Part shown: piece by piece, positions 17,989-28,293 of the stretch
Numbering within the stretch: position 1 is the first letter of the stretch
Layout: each line of letters begins with the position of its first letter
Assembly: GCA_903895845.1 (NCBI GenBank)
Contig: CAITVK010000050.1
Span: forward strand, 4,171 to 68,170
Direction: 5' to 3'
Source: an uncultured Chitinophagaceae bacterium
GTDB lineage: Bacteria; Bacteroidota; Bacteroidia; Chitinophagales; Chitinophagaceae
DNA length: 64,000 nucleotides
The notes under the pieces: model-generated
What the model was told of the DNA's origin: nothing
Seen by the model: only the letters and a program-made list of their open reading frames with translations
Database searches by the model: none
Translations under genes and position numbers: made by a program

Positions 17989-18368
17989 AAAAGTCTTTTT
18001 TGTTTTTTATCAATAATTACTCCCTTTATCCTGGCTAAATTCAACCGTCAAATTTTAAAGTCTGGCTGCCCCAAAAAAAGTAACTCATTGATACTAGCCT
18101 TCATTACAGGTATGATTATACTGCACATGATTTTTTGCCTCTTTTTTTGGAAAAATGGATTTTGATTCTATTACTTTTCTATTGCCTCAAAAAGGATCGA
18201 CCGTTTATTATTCTGTCCGTTGGATAACCAAGAATGAAAGTTTGAGTACCTGAACTGATTTATTTAGCGCAACAATTCTTTAATAATTGATTGGGTAGAA
18301 ATGATTCCGTACAAGTTAATCAGCTTTTAAAAGTCACCCGAAAAAGGTGGCTTTTTTATGCTTTCCAA

Positions 18369-19067
18369 TTAAGAGTTTTTATCAATTGCATCGTCCAGCG
18401 TTTTTCTGTACGTGTTTCCAATAGGAATGGTGTACGTGTCTATCGTGATTTCATTTTTACTAATAAAATCTATCTGGCTCATGGCCACTATGTAAGAACG
18501 GTGCACCCGCACAAACTCGCCTGTAGATAGCTTGCTTTCAAAATCTTTTAAATTCCTGAGTGTGGTCAATGGCGTTTTCTTTCCCTTCAAAAAAATCTGA
18601 GTATAGTCTTTCAAGCCAGAAAAAAATAGCACTTCGCTAAGGGTTATCTTAATTAGTTTGTAGTCTGATTTGATAAACAAAAAGTCTCTTTTTTCTGCTG
18701 TCTCTGTTTTTGCTATGCCGAAAGCATAGTCGTAAATATTTTTCTTGAGCGATAGTACACGTTCCAGGCTGATGGGCGTTTGCAGATAGGCAAACACCTG
18801 TTGCGTATTCACAATGTTTTCTATCTCGTTGCCTGTGCCACTGCATACCAACAATGGGCGGGTATGTTGCTTTTTAAGCCATTTGAGTATATTGTTTGTG
18901 AGCGAGGGGATGGAACAGATGATAACAGATGGATGATCGATGGGTGTATTGAATAATGCATTTTCGTCTACTATCAACACATTGTTGGTGAAGTCGGTGG
19001 TAGATAGATAGGTTTGCAGGATGATGGCCTCCGACAATTCGTGGTGAACAATATAAAAATGAATCAT
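18369..19067 (-). CDS. LytTR-family DNA-binding protein with a degenerate receiver-like N-terminal domain
   Basis: 232-aa ORF. The C-terminal LytTR domain reads FLFIKSDYKLIKITLSEVLFFSGLKDYTQIFL...FVRVHRSYIVAM. The N-terminal half is receiver-sized, but I cannot find the acidic pocket or a clear phospho-acceptor Asp. No kinase gene is adjacent. Confidence 0.75.
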   Translation of the reverse strand: MIHFYIVHHELSEAIILQTYLSTTDFTNNVLIVDENALFNTPIDHPSVIICSIPSLTNNILKWLKKQHTRPLLVCSGTGNEIENIVNTQQVFAYLQTPISLERVLSLKKNIYDYAFGIAKTETAEKRDFLFIKSDYKLIKITLSEVLFFSGLKDYTQIFLKGKKTPLTTLRNLKDFESKLSTGEFVRVHRSYIVAMSQIDFISKNEITIDTYTIPIGNTYRKTLDDAIDKNS

Positions 19068-19169
19068 TGTGAATATTTTAAAAAGTAAATTGTGGCTAAA
19101 GATAAAGCAGTGATGGTAAAGTGCATAAAAAAGGGGCTAATTTGTATTAACCCCCTTTTTTGTCAGTTA

Positions 19170-19493
19170 TTATTTTTCTATTCCAAGGCTATCTAGCTCC
19201 TTGATTGTTACACTAGGAAGACTAGCTTTTTTCTTCATTTTGCTTATTACCAGATTAGCCACTTTAAGTGCCTGTTCCTGGGTAGTAAACTCTTTGTTGC
19301 CTTGCACCACCGGAATAATCCGTTGGTTGATGTATATTTTTTTATTAACCAATATCTGATAGCCCCAGCCTTTATCTAAGCGTAAGGCCTTTGCTTCCAT
19401 TTTGTCGGCATCTTTTGTATAAACTATTACCGATGTGATATAGGCAATAACAGAGAATGCAAACAGAATATAGATCCAGTTGTTTTTAATCAT
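19170..19493 (-). CDS. DUF4907-like small membrane-anchored protein
   Basis: 107-aa ORF with one N-terminal TM helix. It overlaps the Kelch gene stop by 8 nt. This pairing with Kelch proteins is common in Bacteroidota. Confidence 0.55.
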   Translation of the reverse strand: MIKNNWIYILFAFSVIAYITSVIVYTKDADKMEAKALRLDKGWGYQILVNKKIYINQRIIPVVQGNKEFTTQEQALKVANLVISKMKKKASLPSVTIKELDSLGIEK

Positions 19494-20610
19494 TTGTATT
19501 TAGAGCAATATAAGGTTGAAACTCTTCTAAGTCGAAAAAGTAACTTCCGCTTGCTTTACCGGAAGAAACAAATCCACGACCGTTAATCACAAATGCAACG
19601 GCACCTTCACGACCAGAACGCTCGAAGTTTGATTTGCGACTCCACAAATCTGTTTTAAAGTCGTACGCCCAAGTTTTTTGCGTGTATCCACCATTGATAC
19701 CAACGGTGATGTAGGCAGAATCTCCAATTACAAAACCAACGCCACTGTTACGAACAATGTCAGAGTAGTCATCATCATAATTTTCGGTACTTGCATTGCT
19801 AATTACCCTCAAGCCAACCCATTTTCCTTGAGAAATTCCAGAAACTGATGGTGGAAGGAATTTGTAAAAGTCATTTACATTGGCACCGCTTTGTCCGAGA
19901 CCACCTACAATGTAAGCACTATCGCCGTGCACAAAAGTGATTGCATTTAAACGTGGATTTCCAGCTGCACTATAGATTGCATTTAGGTCACTATGAGCTG
20001 TAGAAGTTTCACCAATCTGAGCCATTTGTATCCAAGTTCCCGGAAGGCCATTGGTAGTACCTGTAGGGCTGAATTGCCAGTTGTCTTTTTTGTATTGATT
20101 GTCGTAACCGCAAGTAACATACCCTTTACCTAATAAAGCAAAGGCAGAAGCACCATAACGAGGTGTGGAAGGAAAATCCGCAGCCCTAGTCCATGTGCCG
20201 TTGTCTACATTGTATGCCCAAGTGTCATTGTATTTTGTATAACCATCGGTACCAGTGGTTATATAGCCATTTCTACCAATTGCAAAGGCAACTGCACCGT
20301 TACGGGCAGGAGCAGAATCGCTAGCATTAGGACCAGAAGGTAAACTTGCTATCTGTTGCGCATTAGACCAGCCATCCTTTACACTAAAAGAGAAAAAATC
20401 ATTATACCTAACGTTTCCATCATAGCCTGTACCCACATAAGCGGTGTCACCTACTACAAAAGAAACAGCTTGAAAACGTGTATTACCAGGACTAACAGTT
20501 AGAGAAACCCAGTTGCCACTTTGCAGAAGATTTGTAGTTGTAGGGTTGCAAGCAAGAAACAACAAGACTGCACTTGCTGGCAAGAAAAAGAAATACTTAA
20601 TTAACTTCAT
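19486..20610 (-). CDS. Kelch-repeat beta-propeller lipoprotein
   Basis: The ORF track starts at 20754; I prefer ATG 20610 (MKLIKYFFFLPASAVLLFLAC). It has repeated ...AY(V/I)(G/T)(G/T)G(Y/T)DG... blades. Confidence 0.75.
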   Translation of the reverse strand: MKLIKYFFFLPASAVLLFLACNPTTTNLLQSGNWVSLTVSPGNTRFQAVSFVVGDTAYVGTGYDGNVRYNDFFSFSVKDGWSNAQQIASLPSGPNASDSAPARNGAVAFAIGRNGYITTGTDGYTKYNDTWAYNVDNGTWTRAADFPSTPRYGASAFALLGKGYVTCGYDNQYKKDNWQFSPTGTTNGLPGTWIQMAQIGETSTAHSDLNAIYSAAGNPRLNAITFVHGDSAYIVGGLGQSGANVNDFYKFLPPSVSGISQGKWVGLRVISNASTENYDDDYSDIVRNSGVGFVIGDSAYITVGINGGYTQKTWAYDFKTDLWSRKSNFERSGREGAVAFVINGRGFVSSGKASGSYFFDLEEFQPYIALNTND

Positions 20611-20894
20611 TGTTCTAAAATTTTGGCTGAAATTATAAGTGGCGGTGTTAGGCAAATAGTTAAAATGGATTTTCAAGTGTATTTTGCTGATTAATGATTG
20701 TTTTATGCCTATCAAATGCCGTTTTATGGTATAGTTAAAATCGGTGTATTTCACAGTTCAATACATTTCGGGTATATACATTTATTAAAAGACAAAATTT
20801 AATTAATCATCGTCATATTGACTTCATTCATCCATAGTAACAATTTTGTAACAGGCAGTAATTATAGTATTGCCAATGTTGCAAAGTATTCCAT

Positions 20895-20902
20895 TACTTT
20901 TG
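20895..20902 (+). promoter_or_regulatory. Candidate Bacteroidota -7 box (TAnnTTTG)
   Basis: TACTTTTG lies 24 nt upstream of ATG 20926. Confidence 0.3.
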
Positions 20903-20925
20903 ACGGCTTCATTTAATAAACACTT

Positions 20926-22284
20926 ATGCGATTAAAGCGGGTTCTCTATTTTTTCTCCATCATTTTCCTCAGCATTACTGCTTGTCAAAAAGTAGATATA
21001 CAATATGGTACGCAGGTGTTGGACAATCAATACACGCAGGTTATCAGTATCGACACATTTACTGCCAGCCTTGCTACCATTAACATTGACTCGTTCCCCA
21101 CTTCTGGTACCGGTGTTACCCTTTTGGGGGGGTACTTTGATACTTCCTTTGGAAGAATTGATACCAGGTGTTATTTCGATTTGAATCCCCCAACTTACGC
21201 GAAGGTATATGATAGTACCCGGTTCGATTCTTTACGATTAATTCTAAGACTCAACAGAAACTATTATGGCGATACCACCCAACCCATACATATTGATGTA
21301 AGCCAGCTTTCTCAACAGATATTGTTCCCGTTAAACGTGTACACTTTTTACAATGTGGACCAGTTTCCTGTTAAACCGGGTTTTATTGGTAAGGGCGACT
21401 TCTTGGTGCATCCAACTTATTACACAGATTCCATAACCATATCGCTTGCTGATACATTGGGTCAGACTTTATTGAAAAAGCTTAAGAATCCGTTGGATCT
21501 TGACTTGCAAAACAATGACAACTTTCTGCACTATTTCAATGGGCTTTGCTTGAGTAGCAACAAAAGCACAAACCTAATTCTAAACTGTAAGGATAGTGCC
21601 ATCATGCGTTTGAGTTATTCGAAGCCAGGTCCCGATACTTTGGAACACCATCACATAGACTTTACTTTAAGCAACAGGCAACATCACTTCAATCATATTG
21701 ATGTTGATAGGAGTAAGACCGCTTTAAAGAATCTTAGTCATTATGATAGTATTATCCCTAGTAGTCAGCTGAATAACAGGGCTTATAGCCAATATGCTTC
21801 TGGTGTAATGACCAAAATTACATTCCCTACAATATATAATTTGTTGAAGATTCCGTATTACTCAAAAATATTATCCGCCCAACTTAAGGTTGTACCTGTC
21901 AGAGGTTCGTATGATACTTATTATTTTCTCCCTCCTTCCTTAAACTTGTTTACAACTAATCTCACTAATTCACTTGGAGGGGCATTAACGTCGCCAGGAA
22001 CAAATAGTGCTGAGACGGGTAACCTGATATTGGACTACATAACCGGTGATAACACTGCCTACACGTATGATGTATCCAACTACATCAAGTCGCTTATTAC
22101 CAATGCACAGGCTTATAGCTATTCATTAACCAACTCGCCTGCAAATAACTATGGATTGCTTTTGGTGCCATCATCACCTGCATCTATAACACAGTTTTCT
22201 AGAGTGATTGTAGGAGATAAGAACCAACCTCAAAATTTCAGGACTCTTTTGCAGATTAACTATTTAACAGTTCAACCACAATAA
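20926..22284 (+). CDS. DUF4270-like lipoprotein
   Basis: 452-aa ORF with a lipobox (FLSITAC). Its size and its context next to a beta-barrel gene are typical of DUF4270. Confidence 0.6.
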   Translation: MRLKRVLYFFSIIFLSITACQKVDIQYGTQVLDNQYTQVISIDTFTASLATINIDSFPTSGTGVTLLGGYFDTSFGRIDTRCYFDLNPPTYAKVYDSTRFDSLRLILRLNRNYYGDTTQPIHIDVSQLSQQILFPLNVYTFYNVDQFPVKPGFIGKGDFLVHPTYYTDSITISLADTLGQTLLKKLKNPLDLDLQNNDNFLHYFNGLCLSSNKSTNLILNCKDSAIMRLSYSKPGPDTLEHHHIDFTLSNRQHHFNHIDVDRSKTALKNLSHYDSIIPSSQLNNRAYSQYASGVMTKITFPTIYNLLKIPYYSKILSAQLKVVPVRGSYDTYYFLPPSLNLFTTNLTNSLGGALTSPGTNSAETGNLILDYITGDNTAYTYDVSNYIKSLITNAQAYSYSLTNSPANNYGLLLVPSSPASITQFSRVIVGDKNQPQNFRTLLQINYLTVQPQ

Positions 22285-22297
22285 GCAAACAACAAGT

Positions 22298-23572
22298 ATG
22301 ATTAAGAGAATTATTTTAAATATCGCTGCTATTGTTTGTTTGCAACAAGTCGTTATTGCACAAAACAACAACTCTCCTTATTCTATTTATGGCATCGGGG
22401 ATATTGAGCAAAGCAGTTTTGACCGGACATCTGGAATGGGACATGCCGGTATGGCATTGTCTTCCAACAGGTTTTTGTACAATGCAAATCCTGCCTCATT
22501 GAGTGGGTTGGATGATAAGTTTTTTAATTTTGAGATGACAGCCAGAGCAAAATATATCAACTACTCTGGAGACCCCATCACTAGCAGCTCTGGCACTTCA
22601 TCTGATTTGCAGATAAAGAAAATGAGCTTGGCTTTGAAGATAAAACCAAAGTGGGGAGTGAGTTTGGGACTGTTACCATTTAGTAGTGCCAACTACTCTT
22701 TCTATTCAAATAAAAATATTGCAGGGGCTGGGAATGTAACTGTTCCGGCCTATTATCAAGGATCAGGGAGTATCAATCAGTTCTATTTATCTAATAGTTA
22801 CAAGCTTTTCAAAAACTTCTCAATCGGTCTTCAATCCTCCTATCTCTTTGGTCAGTTCAATCAGACTGAAAGCATTATATCCTCTTTTGTCACAGATAGT
22901 GGCATTACTACCACAAGAAAGAACGTAATCAGTTCTTTTTACTTCAAGCCGGGGTTTCAGTTTAATACAAAGCTCAACAGTAATGTGAGCGTGTACTTTG
23001 GAGGTACTGCAACATTTAAAACTTCTCTGGATGGTGTGGCAAGCTTGTCTGTAACTGACGGTGGTGGTACAGTACCTACTCCACAAAACACAATCATAGA
23101 AAACTATAAGAGTACACCTTTTACTTTGCCATCCAAATATTCGGGAAGTATTGCTGCTAAAGTGAATGAGAAATACACTTTCTCCGTGGATTATTCTTTC
23201 CAAAACTGGAATAGCCAGAATGTGCAGGGCATCACCTACAAATTGGTTAATAGTAGTTTTATTGGTGCCGGCATTGAGATCGCCAAGATTCAGAAATTCA
23301 GGGATATCAGTATAGAAAGGCATTTCTGGCAAGCTGGTGTATTTAGGGATAACTCCTACTTGCAAATCAATGGACAGCAGGTTTCAACGTATGGAATCAC
23401 CTTTGGGGGCGGAAAAAACTTTTTGAGAAGTAATTTGGGATTGCAGATAAATACGGAACTAGGTGTTAGGGGCATGACAACAGGGGGAATGATTCAAGAA
23501 AATTACGCGCAGCTAAATGTAATTTTAAGTTACAGGGACTTCTGGTTTGTAAAGGTGAAACGTTTTGACTAA
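22298..23572 (+). CDS. Outer-membrane beta-barrel protein (hypothetical)
   Basis: 424-aa ORF with a signal peptide and alternating amphipathic strands rich in G/S/Y/F. Confidence 0.5.
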   Translation: MIKRIILNIAAIVCLQQVVIAQNNNSPYSIYGIGDIEQSSFDRTSGMGHAGMALSSNRFLYNANPASLSGLDDKFFNFEMTARAKYINYSGDPITSSSGTSSDLQIKKMSLALKIKPKWGVSLGLLPFSSANYSFYSNKNIAGAGNVTVPAYYQGSGSINQFYLSNSYKLFKNFSIGLQSSYLFGQFNQTESIISSFVTDSGITTTRKNVISSFYFKPGFQFNTKLNSNVSVYFGGTATFKTSLDGVASLSVTDGGGTVPTPQNTIIENYKSTPFTLPSKYSGSIAAKVNEKYTFSVDYSFQNWNSQNVQGITYKLVNSSFIGAGIEIAKIQKFRDISIERHFWQAGVFRDNSYLQINGQQVSTYGITFGGGKNFLRSNLGLQINTELGVRGMTTGGMIQENYAQLNVILSYRDFWFVKVKRFD

Positions 23573-23650
23573 GTTATAACCATTAAGGAAAACTCATTTC
23601 AATCATCATGTAAAAGGTTGATTCCTCCATTTGGTAAAAGGAAAATTAGT

Positions 23651-25015
23651 ATGATAAAAAGAATTTTAATAAGTCTACCGTTAATTACTGGCTGCATTGT
23701 TGGCATAGCGCAAACCCAAAAGGTGGTCGCCGATAAGATTGTAGGTCAGGTGGGAGATAAAATAGTATTGCTTTCAGACATAAATAATGCAATTGCCGAT
23801 TATAAACGTCAGGGGCAAGAAGCACAGCTTCCTCCAAACCCTGAGTGTGCTTTTCTGGAAGGTCAGTTGATACAGAAAGCACTTGTTTTGCAAGCAGAAA
23901 AAGACTCATTGGTTGTAAGTGAAGATGACATTGAAGCAGGGCTTGATAATCAGATTCGTGGATTCATCAATGCTTATGGTTCTAAAGAGGTGTTGGAGGA
24001 AATTGCGGGAAGAACAGTTTATCAGATTAAAGAAGATTTCAGGATTCCGTTTAAGGAGCGTAAGCTGGCCGATCAGATGCGTGGAAAGATTTTGGAAAAT
24101 GTAAAAGTTACGCCAACGGAAGTAAAAGCGTATTATGACAAAATTCCAAAGGATAGTTTGCCTTATTATGAAAGTCAGATAGAGATAAACCAGATTCAGT
24201 CTCAGCCTAAGGCGAGTGCAGAAATAGAACAATTTTGCGTCAGTCAGTTGTACGAGTATAAAAGACAAGCTGAGAGTGGCACAAAGAAGTTTGAGCAACT
24301 AGTTAAGTTATATTCCGAAGATCCAGGTAGCAAGGATAATGGTGGGCAGTACAATGTAAACAGAACCAACAAAGAGTTTGACCCAGCCTTTACAGCTGCT
24401 GCTTTCAGACTTAAAGATGGACAGATATCCAACGTTGTAAAGTCTAAGTTTGGATATCATATCATTCAGATGGTAAGTAGATCTGGCGATGATGCGCTGG
24501 TAAGACATATACTTAGAATTCCGCCCGTAACAGATGATGAAGTGTCTAAGTCTATTAAGAAATTGGACTCCGTAAGGACAATTGTTAACAATGGGTGGCT
24601 TAGTTTCGGCGAAGCTGTAGACAAATTCAGTGATGATGAAAGCAGTAAATTTAACGGTGGTTCTATCACTGCAAGGGATGGTTCTTCCTTATTAAATATT
24701 GATCAGTTGGATAAAGATTTAGTAGTAAGTATCAAAAACTTAAAACCAGGTGAAATCTCTAAGCCAAGTACTTACACCGACGAAAGAGGAAGAAGAATGG
24801 TTAGAATAGTTTATTTAAAAAATAGAACGCAGCCTCACCGTGAGAATCTGAAAGACGATTATAACCGTGTTGCAGATAGAGCGTTGGAAGAAAAGAAGCA
24901 TGCAGCACTTACAAAATGGTTTAATGACCATTTACCTAATTACTTTATTACAATCGATGAGGCTTACAAAGACTGTAACAGCCTTGCAGAGTGGTGGAGA
25001 TATTCATCTAAATAA
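23651..25015 (+). CDS. Peptidyl-prolyl cis-trans isomerase, SurA-like with a parvulin domain
   Basis: The ORF track starts at 23618; I prefer ATG 23651 (MIKRILISLP). The parvulin core reads FDPAFTAAAFRLKDGQISNVVKSKFGYHIIQM. Confidence 0.85.
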   Translation: MIKRILISLPLITGCIVGIAQTQKVVADKIVGQVGDKIVLLSDINNAIADYKRQGQEAQLPPNPECAFLEGQLIQKALVLQAEKDSLVVSEDDIEAGLDNQIRGFINAYGSKEVLEEIAGRTVYQIKEDFRIPFKERKLADQMRGKILENVKVTPTEVKAYYDKIPKDSLPYYESQIEINQIQSQPKASAEIEQFCVSQLYEYKRQAESGTKKFEQLVKLYSEDPGSKDNGGQYNVNRTNKEFDPAFTAAAFRLKDGQISNVVKSKFGYHIIQMVSRSGDDALVRHILRIPPVTDDEVSKSIKKLDSVRTIVNNGWLSFGEAVDKFSDDESSKFNGGSITARDGSSLLNIDQLDKDLVVSIKNLKPGEISKPSTYTDERGRRMVRIVYLKNRTQPHRENLKDDYNRVADRALEEKKHAALTKWFNDHLPNYFITIDEAYKDCNSLAEWWRYSSK

Positions 25016-25034
25016 GAGAAGATATTCTTAATTA

Positions 25035-25075
25035 TACAATGGGGTGATTCAGCTTAGCTGAATCACCCCATTGTA
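25035..25075. terminator. Bidirectional terminator between convergent genes
   Basis: tacaatggggtgattcagct / t / agctgaatcaccccattgta forms a ~20-bp perfect stem, followed by tttta. Confidence 0.7.
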
Positions 25076-25098
25076 TTTTATAACTAAATCTAAACAGC

Positions 25099-27000
25099 CT
25101 ACTTAGACAGCGCTTTTGATTCTTCTATCCTAGCCTCCTCTGTTTTTTTGAGTAGGTTATTTACCTCTAACCCGGCAAAGAGTACGGCAAACAAGCCATG
25201 TGTGTCATTATCGTAATAAGGTCTGTTGATATAGTAATTTACATCTTCCGAGCACATGGTACCCATACAGATATCGTGTACGGTTCCATCAGAATCAATC
25301 TTTGTTTTGATGGCATTCCAGCCTTTTAACACTACACTTTTATATTCCGCAGCATCAAGCCAACCATTGGTTACGCCACGTGCTATTGCCATAGTGAATA
25401 TGGCCGAACCAGACACTTCTTCCTTGGAATCGGGACGGTCTATTACATTGTACCAGAAACCATTGGCATTCTGATACTTTACAATTGCTGCAACGTGTTC
25501 CCGATAATGTTGTAGAATGGCTTTATACTTTGGATGATTCTTGGGCAAATTCAATAGAACTTCCGAAGTTGCCCATATTCCCCAACCATTTGCACGAGAC
25601 CAATGTGGCAACTTTACATTTTTCTCTGAGTACTTGGCATGGCAATACAAATGTGCCGAACTATCCCAAACCTCTTTATTGAAATTGATAACCTGATTGG
25701 CGGCATCATCCAATAACTTCTTTTTCAAGACAGGGTCATTGGTATATAGAGATGCCTGTACTAAAAAAGGTATGCCCATAAACATATCATCTACCCAAGT
25801 GGTGTACTTTTCGGGTGAAAGTCGGGTGAATATATTACTGCCCGGCATCCTCAACTGACCTTCTTCGGCATATTTAATCATCTTATCTACGAATGCTTTA
25901 TAAGCTTCTCGTTTAGGAAAATCATCCTTACTTTCCAATTTATAAACCAATGGGAGCGAAGGTGCCAGCGTGAAATCTAACAAGGGGACACCCAATATTT
26001 CTTTGTTGGCAGAACTATCAACATTCAATTTATTTACTTGATAGTTGACAAATGGTATTCCATCCAAGTGAAAATTACAGAAGCTATCTGCATAATGACC
26101 ATATTTGCTTTCACCAGTTATCTGAGATAATTTTTCCATTGCCCAAGCTGTTCCGCCATTGTGATAGTTCCAATTATAACTGGTTCCCCATTTCTTTGGA
26201 TTAATCATTCCACCCAAAACTTCTATTCTTGGTATCGTCCAGGTTACTAGCTCATCGGCACCTTCATACATATATCCAAAGCGAATCTGGTTTTCGGGTT
26301 CATAAACTGTTTCCAATCCTTTGCGGTTGGTATTGTCAAATGGACCCACAACCAGCCAGTTTGAGACGTTTGAAACAGATTTGTCTACATACTTCATGCT
26401 ATTCAACCCAATTGCTGGATAGCTAACCCCATTTGCAAGGATTGCTCCTTTGGTAGCAGGAGGTTGTATGTAAACTTTCCACTCATTGCCAGCAGTTTCA
26501 GATTTAATGAGCAATGTATTTTTGCCTTTGTGTAAAGACAGCTTGCATTGGTTACTCATCTTCACACTACGCTCTTCATACACCAGATTTATTTTTCTAT
26601 CTCCCGCTTTCTCATAAACAACCTTTCCATTTAACCATATTTTGCAACCATCATTGTGTTCTATTTCTATGTTTAAATCTGTGTTTTCAGAAGCAGTGAG
26701 TAAGGTAGTGGCATAAGCAACAGCGGGTTTTCCTAAACCAAATGTTCTTCCAAAATCAACGACCTGGATACCATTAAATGTTTTATTGGGGGTAGCTAAA
26801 CTCAACTGATACTTGAATGGCGTTTCCTTTACCAGCTTATTACCTACTAGCTTGAGCACTTCTAATGGGGACTCAATGGACGAAACATCTTTCTGGGCAA
26901 ATAAACCTGTGATACTCAACTGTAATGAAGCGATGGCAACCAATTTGAATAGGTTACTTTTTAAGCTGCTTCTTTGCGGGATATTATAAATATGACTCAT
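25099..27000 (-). CDS. GH88/GH105-type unsaturated glycuronyl/rhamnogalacturonyl hydrolase with an N-terminal beta-sandwich extension
   Basis: The ORF track starts at 27168; I prefer ATG 27000 (MSHIYN...SLQLSITGLFAQ). DDMFMGIPFLVQA and WSRANGWGIWA resemble YteR/UGL family motifs. Confidence 0.7.
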   Translation of the reverse strand: MSHIYNIPQRSSLKSNLFKLVAIASLQLSITGLFAQKDVSSIESPLEVLKLVGNKLVKETPFKYQLSLATPNKTFNGIQVVDFGRTFGLGKPAVAYATTLLTASENTDLNIEIEHNDGCKIWLNGKVVYEKAGDRKINLVYEERSVKMSNQCKLSLHKGKNTLLIKSETAGNEWKVYIQPPATKGAILANGVSYPAIGLNSMKYVDKSVSNVSNWLVVGPFDNTNRKGLETVYEPENQIRFGYMYEGADELVTWTIPRIEVLGGMINPKKWGTSYNWNYHNGGTAWAMEKLSQITGESKYGHYADSFCNFHLDGIPFVNYQVNKLNVDSSANKEILGVPLLDFTLAPSLPLVYKLESKDDFPKREAYKAFVDKMIKYAEEGQLRMPGSNIFTRLSPEKYTTWVDDMFMGIPFLVQASLYTNDPVLKKKLLDDAANQVINFNKEVWDSSAHLYCHAKYSEKNVKLPHWSRANGWGIWATSEVLLNLPKNHPKYKAILQHYREHVAAIVKYQNANGFWYNVIDRPDSKEEVSGSAIFTMAIARGVTNGWLDAAEYKSVVLKGWNAIKTKIDSDGTVHDICMGTMCSEDVNYYINRPYYDNDTHGLFAVLFAGLEVNNLLKKTEEARIEESKALSK

Positions 27001-27250
27001 TGTAATCGTTAGATTCTCAAATAAGACATAAAGGACGCATTTTGGTATATAAATGATTTGTTCTAATGGTGCAAACAATTGGTTTAACCCGTCAATTAGG
27101 ATTGAGAGGCAAGATTTTGAACAATAAAGACAAAATGGAAGCAGGATTTTAAAGGCTAAAGGCTGCAAGACCTAAATGAACCAGCATTTGAAGTCTTACA
27201 GCCTTAATAATAAATAGGGGCATCTATTTCTTATAAATCTGAGCTAAACT

Positions 27251-28270
27251 CTACTTTTTATTTCCCCAAAGTCGCAATCTGCTGATACCGCCATCTGGAA
27301 AGATATTTAAACGAATATGGGAGAAAAGACCTTTGTTGGCAATCTCTGATTCGAACTCATGTTCACTGTCTGCACTTAATTTCTGTTCAGGAAGTACGCT
27401 AATCCATTGTACATTTTCAGCCAAGTGATCACTATTTTCTGTCAGCAGACAACCCTCTACAGAGCATCTATCGGGATAGTTTCCTTTAAAATGACAAGTA
27501 TCCACCAATATTTTATTAATTGTTCCTGTAGTTGCTAATTGCAATACTACCCAGTCGCGGTTGTTGGGGGTACGGTTTCTTTTAGTTTCCCATCCATCAC
27601 CCATATTAATGCCACGACCCGGCATAATCAAGTTGCTCATTGCACTAAAAAACATATCGTTGCAAGCAATGGCTTGTCCGCCATTGATGGCAGCAGCCAA
27701 ATCTACTGTTTCGTCTGCTGCTACTGCATCCCAATTTTTAAATACGGTACCATATACCCTAAACCTTGCAACACCGCCATCGGGATAAATATGCAAACGA
27801 ATGTGTGTAAACAATTTCTCGCTCTTGCATTCATAGAAGTTCTGGCTACCTGCATCCAGATGGGATTTAGCCAATATCTCTTCCCAAGGTAGCGTTTCCC
27901 AATCGGTTATATTGCTGGCATCCTCCAGATAAATAGCTTCAACCGAAGCATGTGGAGGATGGTTGCCCAAAAAGAAGTTGGTGTCTATATCGAACCCTGC
28001 AATCTTGCCCGGCGTTGCTAATTGTACAATTGCCCAATCATGCCCGGGGGTACGTTTGCGTCTGCTTTCCCATCCATCCATCCACTTACCACGATCGGTG
28101 TATTTGTCAGTAATAAATATGCCTCTTCCTTTTTTAATCAGATTCTCTTTCTCTGCGAAGAAGTCGTCGGTGGCGTACAATACTTTTCCACCCAAACGCT
28201 CTGCGGCTAAATCTGTTAATTGCGCAAAGGCAGGTGCCGTTTTAATAATTTCTTTTACTGATGAAACCAT
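27251..28270 (-). CDS. alc: Allantoicase
   Basis: 339-aa ORF with two internal allantoicase repeats (GWETKR/GWESRR...WVVLQLA/WAIVQLA...FKGNYP/FLGNHP...HIRLNIFPDGGISRLR/HIRLHIYPDGGVARFR). Confidence 0.85.
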   Translation of the reverse strand: MVSSVKEIIKTAPAFAQLTDLAAERLGGKVLYATDDFFAEKENLIKKGRGIFITDKYTDRGKWMDGWESRRKRTPGHDWAIVQLATPGKIAGFDIDTNFFLGNHPPHASVEAIYLEDASNITDWETLPWEEILAKSHLDAGSQNFYECKSEKLFTHIRLHIYPDGGVARFRVYGTVFKNWDAVAADETVDLAAAINGGQAIACNDMFFSAMSNLIMPGRGINMGDGWETKRNRTPNNRDWVVLQLATTGTINKILVDTCHFKGNYPDRCSVEGCLLTENSDHLAENVQWISVLPEQKLSADSEHEFESEIANKGLFSHIRLNIFPDGGISRLRLWGNKK

Positions 28271-28293
28271 GGTAAATTATTTTGAATTTTAAA

